A DNA stretch of 63,933 nt, counting the filler, from Octopus bimaculoides (lineage: Eukaryota), in NCBI RefSeq assembly GCF_001194135.2. It is 5 parts of 5 records of this genome, joined end to end, with 100 filler letters (N's around TTAATTAATTAA, not from the genome) between each part and the next. Parts side by side here need not be neighbours in the genome. Positions count along the whole stretch, not along the records: positions 48,746 to 50,973 come from NW_026337826.1; positions 51,074 to 63,933 come from NC_069000.1; 3 more parts are not named here. One strand, 5' to 3'. The notes below the pieces were generated by a model. That model did no database searches. It was not told the origin of the DNA and worked only from the letters and a program-made list of their open reading frames with translations. Shown here one piece after another: positions 50,436 to 63,933 of the stretch (position 1 is its first letter; the number at the start of each line of letters is the position of its first letter). The position numbers and the translations under genes were made by a program.

Positions 50436-50595
50436 TGTTCCTTTCAGTTTCCGTCCACCATATCCACTCACAAGGCTTTGGCCGACCCGAGGCTATTATA
50501 GAAGATATTTGCCCAAGCTGCCACGCAGTGGGACTGAACCCGGACCCATATGGTTGGTAAGCAGGCTTCTTACTACGCAGCCGCATACATGCCCA
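50436..50595 (-). mobile_element. SINE family B, 5' part
   Basis: Same head as 21960-22165 and 45020-45125. Confidence 0.8.
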
Positions 50596-51073
50596 TGGCG
50601 AGAGCCTTTCCACTTTGAACCCTATCTGACTATTTATCTACCGTTTATATATCATACATTATTTCCTCCGTTTATTCATAATTCATTATTCATTATTCAT
50701 TATTCATATATTGACCCATTTATTGATTCTGTTTCATTTCAACTTCCATTTCGTCCGTCCTAACTCCTTCCATCGAATCTGCCACTATAAATATTCCCTG
50801 GCCTAATGGTTAGAGTAATGCGCTCATGATCATACAGTCACGGGTTCGATTCCTGAACAGCATGGTTCATTGTGTCCTTGATCAAGGTACTTTATTTCAG
50901 GTTGCTCAGGTGTACGCAGCTCAAATGTGTGTCTTAATACACTCCCTATTCCTCCTCTTTCTTTATATTTGTANNNNNNNNNNNNNNNNNNNNNNNNNNN
51001 NNNNNNNNNNNNNNNNNTTAATTAATTAANNNNNNNNNNNNNNNNNNNNNNNNNNNNNNNNNNNNNNNNNNNN

Positions 51074-51285
51074 CAGCAGCCTCGGTTTCAGAGGACCTCA
51101 GCTCTTCAATGCCCTGCCAAAACATTTGAGAGACATGCAAGACATGGATACGGAGGTCTTCAAGACAAAACTTGACGCTTTCCTCTCCACGATACCAGAC
51201 GAACCAATGGCTCGTAATGAGACGCAGTTTAGAGCTGCGATGTCAAATTCTCTCATACACCAGATGTGCCATCAAAACTCTTGAT
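51074..51285 (+). mobile_element. Non-LTR (LINE) ORF2 C-terminus
   Basis: Open frame SSLGFRGPQLFNALPKHLRDMQDMDTEVFKTKLDAFLSTIPDEPMARNETQFRAAMSNSLIHQMCHQNS*, a typical invertebrate LINE ORF2 end. Confidence 0.8.
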
Positions 51286-51931
51286 TGGACCATGTCAGGT
51301 GGGGGAGAAGAGCCATGCAAGGAACGTGAAGAGAGCAAAGCATAAAGACAGAAAATCACGGTGGTGCACCAGCATGACCGCAGCCACTTGGCTGAAACCC
51401 ATAAATAAATAAATAAAAAGAATATGTATGTATATATGCACACAGATATGTATAGACCTATATTAATTACCAAGCAGCCATATTGAAACTGAAATTACGA
51501 ACAATTTTAACAGTTGGCAAATATCATTATTTGCCTCTTTATCAAAGGATCATCAATGAAGCTCTTAAAATGGCTGCCATCAATAAACATTAGCGTTGAT
51601 TGAATATTCTCTGAGGATGCAGCCGTTACTGCTACAGGATCATTGAGAATCGCACGACTGGTTGGAATTTAATTAATATGTTATTCACCCGTTTGTTTTT
51701 ACGTGGACGATTCACGTGGCTACTAACGGATGCATAGACGTGTGCCCTCATAAGTACAAATGCATATATCTTCATACGTATGCTATTGCACAGAGGTAAC
51801 CACACATGCATGCACACACACACACACACATACGTATACGCATGAATACATACCACATTGACATATATGTTTGCATATATGTGTATGTGTACGTACGCAT
51901 ATACACATATATGCACAAACACAGATGTGTG

Positions 51932-51972
<41 letters not shown>

Positions 51973-52919
51973 TATATATATATANNNNNNNNNNNNNNNN
52001 NNNNNNNNNNNNNNNNNNNNNNNNNNNNNNNNNNNNNNNNNNNNNNNNNNNNNNNNNNNNNNNNNNNNNNNNNNNNNNNNNNNNNNNNNNNNNNNNNNNN
52101 NNNNNNNNNNNNNNNNNNNNNNNNNNNNNNNNNNNNNNNNNNNNNNNNNNNNNNNNNNNNNNNNNNNNNNNNNNNNNNNNNNNNNNNNNNNNNNNNNNNN
52201 NNNNNNNNNNNNNNNNNNNNNNNNNNNNNNNNNNNNNNNNNNNNNNNNNNNNNNNNNNNNNNNNNNNNNNNNNNNNNNNNNNNNNNNNNNNNNNNNNNNN
52301 NNNNNNNNNNNNNNNNNNNNNNNNNNNNNNNNNNNNNNNNNNNNNNNNNNNNNNNNNNNNNNNNNNNNNNNNNNNNNNNNNNNNNNNNNNNNNNNNNNNN
52401 NNNNNNNNNNNNNNNNNNNNNNNNNNNNNNNNNNNNNNNNNNNNNNNNNNNNNNNNNNNNNNNNNNNNNNNNNNNNNNNNNNNNNNNNNNNNNNNNNNNN
52501 NNNNNNNNNNNNNNNNNNNNNNNNNNNNNNNNNNNNNNNNNNNNNNNNNNNNNNNNNNNNNNNNNNNNNNNNNNNNNNNNNNNNNNNNNNNNNNNNNNNN
52601 NNNNNNNNNNNNNNNNNNNNNNNNNNNNNNNNNNNNNNNNNNNNNNNNNNNNNNNNNNNNNNNNNNNNNNNNNNNNNNNNNNNNNNNNNNNNNNNNNNNN
52701 NNNNNNNNNNNNNNNNNNNNNNNNNNNNNNNNNNNNNNNNNNNNNNNNNNNNNNNNNNNNNNNNNNNNNNNNNNNNNNNNNNNNNNNNNNNNNNNNNNNN
52801 NNNNNNNNNNNNNNNNNNNNNNNNNNNNNNNNNNNNNNNNNNNNNNNNNNNNNNNNNNNNNNNNNNNNNNNNNNNNNNNNNNNNNNNNNNNNNNNNNNNN
52901 NNNNNNNNNNNNNNNNNNN

Positions 52920-52932
52920 CACCACTAGCACC

Positions 52933-52983
<51 letters not shown>

Positions 52984-53142
52984 GCTGCTGCTGCTATTAT
53001 TACCGTCACCAACACCACCCCAATCAACACCGCCACCCCAATCGAATAACTGCACTTCCATGTAACAACCACTTTCTAAGTTCTCGCGATCAGAGCTGAT
53101 CTGTGTCTACCACTGCTGCTACTACCAGTACTACTACTGCTG

Positions 53143-53191
<49 letters not shown>

Positions 53192-53229
53192 GACTACGAC
53201 TACTACTACTACTGCTACTGCTGCTAACG

Positions 53230-53262
<33 letters not shown>

Positions 53263-53304
53263 TTACTACTACTGCTGCTACTATTACTACAACTACTGCT
53301 GCTG

Positions 53305-53372
<68 letters not shown>

Positions 53373-53494
53373 ACTACTACTACTTCTACTATCCTCTTCA
53401 CCGTCCTTATCACTACCAATCACGTCAGCATCACCACCCCTCCCACCTCCATCGCCACCGTCACCTCCACAACAACAACTACTACTACTACTGT

Positions 53495-53526
<32 letters not shown>

Positions 53527-53650
53527 TTTCTTCTTTTTCTTTTGCTTCTTCTTTTTCTTCTTCTGCTTCTTCTTCTTCTTCTTCTTCTTCTTCTTCTTCT
53601 TCTTCTTCTTCTTCTTCTTCTTCTTCTCCTTCTTCTTCTTCTTCTTCTAA
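52920..53650. repeat. Compound trinucleotide microsatellites (CTA)n/(CTG)n/(CTT)n
   Basis: Direct inspection. Confidence 0.95.
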
Positions 53651-54064
53651 CATCCTCGCTCATTCGGAGTGAAACATGAACGGGTGGCGCGATAGAAGGC
53701 GAATGCATTCGTTATCAGACTCGTTCAGAAAGTTTTTTTNNNNNNNNNNNNNNNNNNNNNNNNNNNNNNNNNNNNNNNNNNNNNNNNNNNNNNNNNNNNN
53801 NNNNNNNNNNNNNNNNNNNNNNNNNNNNNNNNNNNNNNNNNNNNNNNNNNNNNNNNNNNNNNNNNNNNNNNNNNNNNNNNNNNNNNNNNNNNNNNNNNNN
53901 NNNNNNNNNNNNNNNNNNNNNNNNNNNNNNNNNNNNNNNNNNNNNNNNNNNNNNNNNNNNNNNNNNNNNNNNNNNNNNNNNNNNNNNNNNNNTGGTGGTG
54001 GTGTTGATAGAAGTGTTTGTGAAAGTTAAGAAGGAAGTTGAACTATTTATGTGTGTGTATGTGT

Positions 54065-54109
<45 letters not shown>

Positions 54110-54190
54110 CGCACACATGTATAAATGCATACATACTTACACACACGCACACACACACATCAAATGAGATATACACAGTGATGCATACAT

Positions 54191-54229
<39 letters not shown>

Positions 54230-54503
54230 GTCGGCATTAATAAATACGCAATGAATGGCAAAAGTATGTAGACAGCAAAAACAACAACAACCAACAACAA
54301 CAACCAAACAACAACAACAGCATGATGGATGTATTTCAACAATGGTTCCCCTATTTCGTGACTGAAATAGTTTGTTTTGATTTCACGCTTAAATATAGAA
54401 ATCTCTTTTCGTTTAACAGCCGCCATATTTTCGTCGTTTTCGGCGGACGATGTGTTAAGGAGGATTCTGTCTATATATTACTTATATTTTCAAGACACAC
54501 ACA

Positions 54504-54564
<61 letters not shown>

Positions 54565-54618
54565 NNNNNNNNNNNNNNNNNNNNNNNNNNNNNNNNNNNN
54601 NNNNNNNNNNNNNNNNNN

Positions 54619-54671
<53 letters not shown>

Positions 54672-55038
54672 AACGTGTGTGAATGTGTTTGTTAGTTTTA
54701 AACTCACACTATAACTTTCGGACTCTGTCTGTCTGTCTGTCTGTCTTTCCATCTGTGTAACCCATTGGCCTTCATCCAGCCTCCATCATATTTGTGTGCT
54801 TGTGCGTATTTTATCTAGCTATATCAATACACAGACACACAGACACACACGCTCACAAAATATGCCGATGGAATATGTACCATGCCTTAATTATTAAGTC
54901 CTCGGATCGATTTGTTCCACTAGAATTCTTCTAAACCTTACCCCAGCTTGGTCGCAATATAATGATTAAAACAAGTTAAAGATAAAAAATAAAATAAACG
55001 ACAAACACAAGTACAGAGACAAGAACACAGACAGACAG

Positions 55039-55069
<31 letters not shown>

Positions 55070-55365
55070 CATACATATATATATATANNNNNNNNNNNNN
55101 NNNNNNNNNNNNNNNNNNNNNNNNNNNNNNNNNNNNNNNNNNNNNNNNNNNNNNNNNNNNNNNNNNNNNNNNNNNNNNNNNNNNNNNNNNNNNNNNNNNN
55201 NNNNNNNNNNNNNNNTATATGTATGTATATATATATATATATATATATATACATACCTGTACATATATATAAACATATATATTCATATGTATGTGTGTAT
55301 ATATAAATATCTATATATATATATATGTGCGTGTGTATACCCATACACATACACACACGCGCACA

Positions 55366-55411
<46 letters not shown>

Positions 55412-55770
55412 AACACACATATATCAATAACGAATTAACGATCCGCAACATTTTGCGCATAGTTTCAATCATTGGATATGTTTGATGTGGAGTGACAATA
55501 TAAAGTCTAAGGTGTTTAAAGTGAATTATTAAGCGACACTTAATTGCTTTTGTCATTTATCTGCATTCAATATATATTATGCAATAAATGATCATAGGAA
55601 GATGTAAATATTGCAGAAGCCGCTTACTATAATCACGGTTGATGTTACTGAAACATTTATTGCCGTCGAATTTGTCTTCGTGCGTGTGCGTAGCTTGCGC
55701 TATACATGCGTCATTTATTTTTGTATGTGTGTGTATGTCTGTGTGTGTATCTATATGTATATATGTGTAC

Positions 55771-55831
<61 letters not shown>

Positions 55832-56432
55832 AATATATTAATAATGCTTACACACTTACATACAGAAATCGATATTGATTGATTGAGTCTGTTTAAGGAT
55901 CGTAAACGTCTGATATGTAATTTTTAGTTCTGATACGCCCTGATGAGATTTTTACTCAAAATCTTTCCAAAATATGAATTTTTATAAAAATGTTATTGGT
56001 TTTGAGTTTGAATGGAAACCATTGTAGGGATTATTGATATTATGTTCATAGATTAACATGTGTCAGTTTGAACTTTGTATTTTTCTTTTATTACTTTGCA
56101 TATTTTGTATATACCCATTTGCGTTCTAGAAAATGCTTTCTACTATATTGGGTATTAACCCAAATAAACCAGAGGAACTTGGATGTTTCCATCCCTGTAA
56201 GAGGAGCCTGTTTCCTTGTATTGGATTATATATGCATTTATGCATATATATTATATGTGTATATATGTATATGAATCTGAAATTAAAAGGAAAGGACGGT
56301 ACACAGAATAATGGAAACATAACAATGGTGTTGCCATAATGTGCAGACCAGTTGGGAGGTCCTAAATTTCACTCCTAAGTTATTAGCGTGGTTCTGGGTG
56401 GGTGGGTGTTTGTGTGTGTATCCATGCATGTA

Positions 56433-56505
<73 letters not shown>

Positions 56506-56518
56506 GTGCATATATATG

Positions 56519-56572
<54 letters not shown>

Positions 56573-56931
56573 TGTATGTATGTATATATGTATGTAGGTA
56601 TGTTTTTTGCGGCGTTCAAAATTCTGAAAATGTATGAATCGTTTAAGCATAATATATTTGATGTTCAAACGTGAGAGCAGCGGATATTAAGACTGACATG
56701 ATGAAAGACAATTTATCAGAAAACATTGATGCGGAAATAATACACAAGCACGAACGTACAATATACAAGCACACAAACGCATGCGCATTCACATACATAC
56801 AGACGCATATACACCCCATATACACATTCACACTTGCCCATATACATATGTGTTTTCAATTCTGTGTGTGTGAGTTTATACCTTTGTCAGTGAAAGAAAG
56901 CTATCTATATATTACTTTGTGTATTGATATT

Positions 56932-57135
56932 TAAGGCGGCGAGCTGGTATAATTATTAGCGCGCCGGATAAAATTCTTGACGGAATTTCGTACATCCTTA
57001 AGGTCTGGGGTCAAATTCCATCCAGGTCGACTTTGACTTTCATCGTTTTGAGGTCGATAACATAAGAACCACTAGGGGTCATGTTACCGATATATACCCT
57101 CACCCCGAAATTACCGCCCTTGTGATAAATTTTGA
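56932..57135 (+). mobile_element. SINE family A, diverged
   Basis: AAGGCGGCGAGCTGGTATAATTATTAGCGCGCCGG...TCAAATTCC..GGTCGACTTTGACTTTCATC. Confidence 0.75.
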
Positions 57136-57818
57136 AGCTAATATCTATTGGAATATGACATCTTTCCATACAGGAGCACCCAGGAATATATTTCACATAG
57201 AAAAATTATATATATACACACAGAGTAGATTAACGAAAAACTTTAAACAGTTAAATCGAAGGTTATTAAGGAAAGACCCTGAATAAACTGCACCGGTATT
57301 ATAGTAGGTTTGCAATCACAACGGTTACTAATCGATGCAGTAGAAACACGTGTAGGTCTATGGAAAGCTGAATATAGAAGCTTTGTGTGCACGACATGGT
57401 AATCTCATATCAAGATTAACAGCGTATGACGTTGTAGGCGAGGTCCATTTAGAATCTTCTTCAGGTCGAGTAGCCCATCCCACTCAAAACAAAGGATGTT
57501 GAACGAAACACTCATGTTTCCAGAGGAGAATTATCCAAGTCCCAAAGAATTCCTCTCAACACATGGGTGTGATGCTCCCCAACTAATTCTGCTCGTGATC
57601 AGAGATTCACATACCAGCAGCCACTAAGGGACATGCTCAACTTGATAAAGTCAAACAACTGGCAAGCAAATCTGTGGTATTGAGCAGAATATTTGCTGTC
57701 GGCCATTTTTCATACAAAGACAAAATAATGTACATGATAACACTTCCGATCGGTTAAGATCAGAGGCCACGGGAACCACTGTCTGGTACTACAACAGGGC
57801 ATTTATTATTATTATTAT

Positions 57819-57862
<44 letters not shown>

Positions 57863-58048
57863 ATAGTAGTTGTTGTTGTTGTTGTTGTTGTAGTAATATT
57901 ACAATACGTAGCAAATAATTAAGGAGAATTTGCGAATATATTATTGACTCTGTTATTACCTAATGTAGCAATTAAAAATGATAACAACAGAATCAATAAT
58001 ATATATATATATACATATATATCCATATATATAAATATACGCATACAA

Positions 58049-58079
<31 letters not shown>

Positions 58080-59389
58080 CATATATACATACATGTATAT
58101 ATATATATTTACGCGCAGCCATTCACCTATACACATACCTTTGAAAATACTCATGCATAGACACACACACATACACACAAACATACACTCACACAAGCCT
58201 ACACACTCATACTCGCAAATACAAACATACATACATACAAACACTCGGTAAACTTGGGGGACGCTCGAGGTATAGATAACGAAATAGAAATAATAAACTG
58301 ATAGATAATTGCTTAATCATTTTCCATTTAAAAGGAAAAGATTTTAAAAAATTGTATTAGGCTCGACCTTCCACCTAAATATAGGCTACCTTACTGCGCT
58401 ATTGATCGGTTATCGATTTTATATGTTCAATGATGTAATTTTTATGCATCGATTATGTGTATTGAGTTATGTAATTTTGCAGAAATGTATAGAAATGTGT
58501 ATGCATACGTGGTCTGTATATTGGCGTATGGGAGTGTTTGCGTTGTGTATGTTAGGAGATTGTTTGTGTTTGCCTTAATCTATATTCGATCGCACACAAA
58601 ATGCGCCCGTTCAAACACACGACAGATAAAGTGATACGTACATAGACACACATAAGCAAGTACACACACGCTTGCGTGTGTGTAAGTGTGTCGATGTGTA
58701 TGTGTATATATATGTATGTGTATATGTATATGTATATATANNNNNNNNNNNNNNNNNNNNNNNTATATATATATATATAGATAGATAGATAGATAGATAG
58801 ACGGACTGATTTTGATTGAGTGAGTGAATGATTGATTGATAGACATAGACACCAACATTTACATATGCGTGCGATTTCATTAGCGCTCCACACATATATG
58901 TATGTATGTGTGTGTACACACACGCACACAGACACACACATATATATATATATACGTATAGATATATGTACGCATTTATGAACGCGCACGCACATACACA
59001 CATACACACACAAATATAAACCAGAAAAGTTTAGGAGGTATTAGAAGTGAACATACTTATTTAACCACTTGACAGGCTTAGGATTACGGCTGTTTCGCAG
59101 CTTTCTTATGATAATATCTTTGATGAAGAATAAATCCTCTTCACATGTATGCATTAACGTGTATACTTACGCATTATATATTTATTTATTCAAGTGTTAA
59201 CTTTTAATGATACCCGATATTCTAATCCTTCTTGCATATGTATGTATGTACGTACATACATACATACATACATATGCACATAATCATCTAGGTCGTCCAA
59301 TAGGGCGCCTCTCATAGGGGTTTCGTTTGCGCATACTATACGAATCCCAGGGTGCTACTCCATGTGGTCCTGCACTTTCCATCTAACTA

Positions 59390-59840
59390 GGAATATTAGG
59401 GTCTCATCCATTGTCTTGTAGTCAAGATCCTCTGCATGACATCCTGCTTGTTCAAAGCCAGGAACTGATCTGTTAAGGTCCTGCCGATAACTAAATCCAC
59501 GCCCTGCCGCTGACGCTTTATTGTCGTTAAGGTTTTTGCCTGTCTCCTATTCTTCGACCTGTCTGGCCTGGTAAGACCTGCCTGTAGATATCTCCCCATC
59601 CAGCATAGCTCTCCGGGTCAAAGGAGCACAGAGGCACTTCACCGCGACAAGGTACTTGTTGAATTGGCCGTTGACTACACAGTCGTTCTTCCGCCCTTTG
59701 ACGGGTCTTATTTTGCGTCCTGCAGGGTGTCCAACAATCACCCTCCTCACCAAGCAAGCTTGATGGGGTTGACAGTTCAGTTGCCGGCGACCCGACCATG
59801 TAACATGTTGTACTGGGTTACATGTTACCAGTAGCGCTCA
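59390..59840 (-). mobile_element. Decayed RTE-clade LINE 5' region (endonuclease start)
   Basis: Frameshifted minus-strand peptides CWT..LLD, RPVKGRKNDCVVNGQFNKY, TRRAMLDGEI, RQRQGVDLVI, QRILTTR loosely follow the RTE APE N-terminus (WNVRTLLD..RPERR..ETR..G..GVGFAI..RIM). Confidence 0.5.
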
Positions 59841-61333
59841 CGGACGACATAACTTTTATACATGTAAATATATATTTGTATAAATATGAGTCTGTGTGTA
59901 TGCGTGTAAGGACGACGAGGGGGAGGAGAATGAGAGGAGGAGGAGGAAGAGGAGGAGGAGGAGGAGGACAAGAAGAAGAAGAAGAAGTTGTTGTTGCTGT
60001 TAACTGAATGATTCTGACGGAAAGAGAGTTGCCACTTGAACTGTTTGAATAAGAGAGAGTGAAATATGTGTTACCTTTCCGACAGCTGCCGATTAAAAAA
60101 GGGGTCACTTCGTCTATGTATCCTAAATTTAGAACTAGGTCAGTTAGAATGGGTTTGAATGCGTTGGTTTGGACGGAACTGAATTTCACTTCACCTACGA
60201 TGGCGATGGATTTGACAGATGGCACAATTGAATTTTGAGTGTAAAGTGAGAACAATGGGAAGTTGCATATAGAATTATTTACGCCAAGGTTTCGATTCCT
60301 GGTTGTGAGCGGGAAAGAAGGGAGAAATAAGCATAAAGTAAATCAAACGAATAGTACAATGAAAATACAGGCACAAACAAGTTTAAGTTTTAACATTGTA
60401 ACCTCTCATCAGCTATGAAGTGAAGTTCCGACGTTTCTTCACGTTATGAATGGGACCATCCGATTCATCGTGCCTGTAGAATAGCAGAAATGTCTGCTAA
60501 GGAGAAATGTCATTATGATACAATAATAACAAAAAGATGAGAAAAGCGAGGACGTGAGACAGTGCGTTTACGTGTATCAAGGGAAAACGAGAAGAAGTAT
60601 ACGAGAATATACGAAAATAAACGTAGAAATGTTGTATTAAAAATGTTTAGGATTATCGACTTTAAAAAAATGTCTCTGGATAATAGATTTTTTTACCGGC
60701 TAACAACCAGGAAAGGAGATAATTAAACAAGGATATTAAACAATGTGCTAAAGGTCTTTGACCTATAATCAAACAGAACACATTAAGAGACAGCGTACAA
60801 ACAAATACAAACGATGGCTGCAACAGAATCACTCAATCTTATTTTTTCAAACCTCAACAATAGAAGAGTTATTTTTGTTGTATCATATAAGGCGGTTCTT
60901 TTTTTTGTTTTTTGTTTTTTTCGTGTTCTCTTCTTTTCATGACTACGAGCAATTTTGCCGGAAATGTTATTATGAAAACATTCAAAGTAGAGGCTTAATC
61001 GTTATTATTCCATGTATTCTATTTACTCCCAACAATATCGCTGTAGCTTTTTCAATCATCATCGTTTTTTTTTCATATATATATATTACGCAACGGTGCA
61101 AGTGAACTAAAGAACTTGCATGATACACACGCACGCACACACACACGCACGCACACACACACGCACGCATATAGACATATGTGTATAGAATATATATATA
61201 TATATATTTAATTATTTATTTATTTATATATATATATATATACAGAGATAGATATGTATATGTATATATATATAACAGTATATATTAATACATGCATAAA
61301 TATTCTTACACATATATGAGTGTGGCTCTATGT

Positions 61334-61379
<46 letters not shown>

Positions 61380-61824
61380 AAATATATTTATTCTAAGTCT
61401 AAAAAAAAGTCTTACATTTAGTCCTCTTGTATTTATGATTTCACATAAAATCGGAAGCATAAAAGAAATGTTTTTCTTTCTTCTCTGAAGTTGTGTTGAA
61501 AAGCGACTTTGTTGCATTTTCGTAATCAATAATCTCAACTTTAACACGAAGCAACTTTCTATTTGCATACAAAACAGAAACACACAAACCCGTACAAACA
61601 CAGAAATATACACACACCACACGCCGCACCTGTATACATGCACATACGTACACAAACACACACACATACAAACACACACACACACAAACACACACAGACA
61701 CACAAACACATATGGCTCAAACTTTTAATCATTCATCAGTTCTTAGGTATTTACATATTTATACACATATACATACACTAATATATGGAATTTTAAATAT
61801 AGATAAATAGGATGGTAGGCAGGT

Positions 61825-61864
<40 letters not shown>

Positions 61865-61996
61865 GGAGAGAGCAGGGAGAGATGGAGAGATGGCGAGTTA
61901 AAGATTGCGAGACAGACAAAAAGACAAAGAGGCAAGCAGATAAGCAGACAGATAGGCAGACGGACAGACAGGTAAACAGATAGATAGATAAATACA

Positions 61997-62027
<31 letters not shown>

Positions 62028-63131
62028 GTACGTATGTACGTATGTATATAAGTATATTTGTAGTTAAGTATAGAACGATATGAAACAATGTTCAATATAT
62101 TTAGAGCAAAAACTAGATTTTATTCGTATTCCTCCACTCGACCAGACGATAAAATTTACCTTCAGTTTTTTGCGCCTCAACGAATTCTCAAGCAGTACGG
62201 AGTTAAAAATTCAACGACTGGAAGAATATACAAAAATATCTCTTCTCTGCTGCAATTTACTATCTATCTGTCTATCTATCAGTTCTGTCATATGTATATA
62301 TAAATGTGCATGTGTGTATATGTATAAATTTATATATATATATATATATATATATNNNNNNNNNNNNNNNNNNNNNNNNNNNNNNNNNNNNNNNNNNNNN
62401 NNNNNNNNNNNNNNNNNNNNNNNNNNNNNNNNNNNNNNNNNNNNNNNNNNNNNNNNNNNNNNNNNNNNNNNNNNNNNNNNNNNNNNNNNNNNNNNNNNNN
62501 NNNNNNNNNNNNNNNNNNNNNNNNNNNNNNNNNNNNNNNNNNNNNNNNNNNNNNNNNNNNNNNNNNNNNNNNNNNNNNNNNNNNNNNNNNNNNNNNNNNN
62601 NNNNNNNNNNNNNNNNNNNNNNNNNNNNNNNNNNNNNNNNNNNNNNNNNNNNNNNNNNNNNNNNNNNNNNNNNNNNNNNNNNNNNNNNNNNNNNNNNNNN
62701 NNNNNNNNNNNNNNNNNNNNNNNNNNNNNNNNNNNNNNNNNNNNNNNNNNNNNNNNNNNNNNNNNNNNNNNNNNNNNNNNNNNNNNNNNNNNNNNNNNNN
62801 NNNNNNNNNNNNNNNNNNNNNNNNNNNNNNNNNNNNNNNNNNNNNNNNNNNNNNNNNNNNNNNNNNNNNNNNNNNNNNNNNNNNNNNNNNNNNNNNNNNN
62901 NNNNNNNNNNNNNNNNNNNNNNNNNNNNNNNNNNNNNNNNNNNNNNNNNNNNNNNNNNNNNNNNNNNNNNNNNNNNNNNNNNNNNNNNNNNNNNNNNNNN
63001 NNNNNNNNNNNNNNNNNNNNNNNNNNNNNNNNNNNNNNNNNNNNNNNNNNNNNNNNNNNNNNNNNNNNNNNNNNNNNNNNNNNNNNNNNNNNNNNNNNNN
63101 NNNNNNNNNNNNNNNNNNNNNNNNNNNNNNN

Positions 63132-63189
<58 letters not shown>

Positions 63190-63933
63190 CGTGTGCGCGC
63201 TTGTGTACTCAGACATTTCAAAATCAAATGGACGGCATCAATTTTGAAAGCTATATTTCTCGAAGCAAAATAATGTCATTTGAGGCAGTTAAATACTTAA
63301 TCTAGCATTTGGTAGACATGGCTTCTACGTATTACGTGTTACATGAACGACATTGAAACACCAGGTCATGTCCGCACACATATAACAGTATAATGGGAGC
63401 AATCTAGCTACTTTTGTAAAGCATGTATGTGCATGTGTGTGTGGATGTATGTGTGCATGTATGTATATATTTATACATCCGTGCGTGTATGCATATATGT
63501 ATGTATGTACCAATATATGCATGTTTGTAGATAGACAGATAGATGTATGGATAGCTAGCTAATACATAGATAGAGAGACAGAGACAGAGATAGAGGGAGA
63601 GAGAGAGATGTAGACAGAAAGACAGACAAATAAGCAGATACGTAGATACAGAGCACAGTCCTGGGCAGGGTTAGTATAGGAGACCTGTCTATGCAGCAGG
63701 TGCCCCCCTATACCATTAATGTTGCACAAGGTATGATGCAATAGACAGCACACACATACAACGGAGCATACAAACATACGCACATATATGTATATATATA
63801 TATATATATATGCATATACATACATATTTACATACATACATACATACATACGCACATATATATATATATATATACATATGCATACATACATGTATATATA
63901 TATTCATTTATATATATATATATATATATATAT

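Noticed and set aside
53076-53708. Poly-Arg/Ser/Thr/Glu ORFs on both strands
   Set aside because: Pure trinucleotide repeats open in several frames; no splice or domain evidence.
55939-55975. CTGATGA followed by a GATTTT/AAAATC stem, hammerhead-like
   Set aside because: No GAAA after stem II and no stem I/III.

Overview
Eukaryotic, AT-rich, microsatellite-saturated genomic DNA with many N gaps. The SINE/LINE repertoire, simple-repeat load and gap style resemble an Octopus (coleoid cephalopod) draft assembly; this is inference, not a database result. Almost all long ORFs in the track are artefacts of microsatellites or N runs. The one well-supported host gene fragment is on the minus strand: three symmetric phase-1 exons (8614-8781, 7058-7228, 6273-6428). 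Each encodes a 6-Cys pacifastin-like/half-VWC module with Thr/Ser-rich linkers; the first and last exons were not identified. Mobile DNA includes an uninterrupted Penelope-like RT fragment (35529-36319, minus), a decayed Tx1/L1-like LINE, RTE and other LINE fragments, two mariner relics, a hAT MITE, two Tigger-like MITEs and many tRNA-derived SINEs. The most unusual non-coding object is a CpG-rich 1.4-kb array (33990-35428) of 55/56-bp hairpin units in two variants whose stems differ by three compensatory base-pair flips; it lies one scaffold gap from the Penelope RT. Also seen: a degenerate minimal hammerhead-ribozyme motif, several inverted-repeat pairs, homotypic transcription-factor motif clusters and assembly artefacts.
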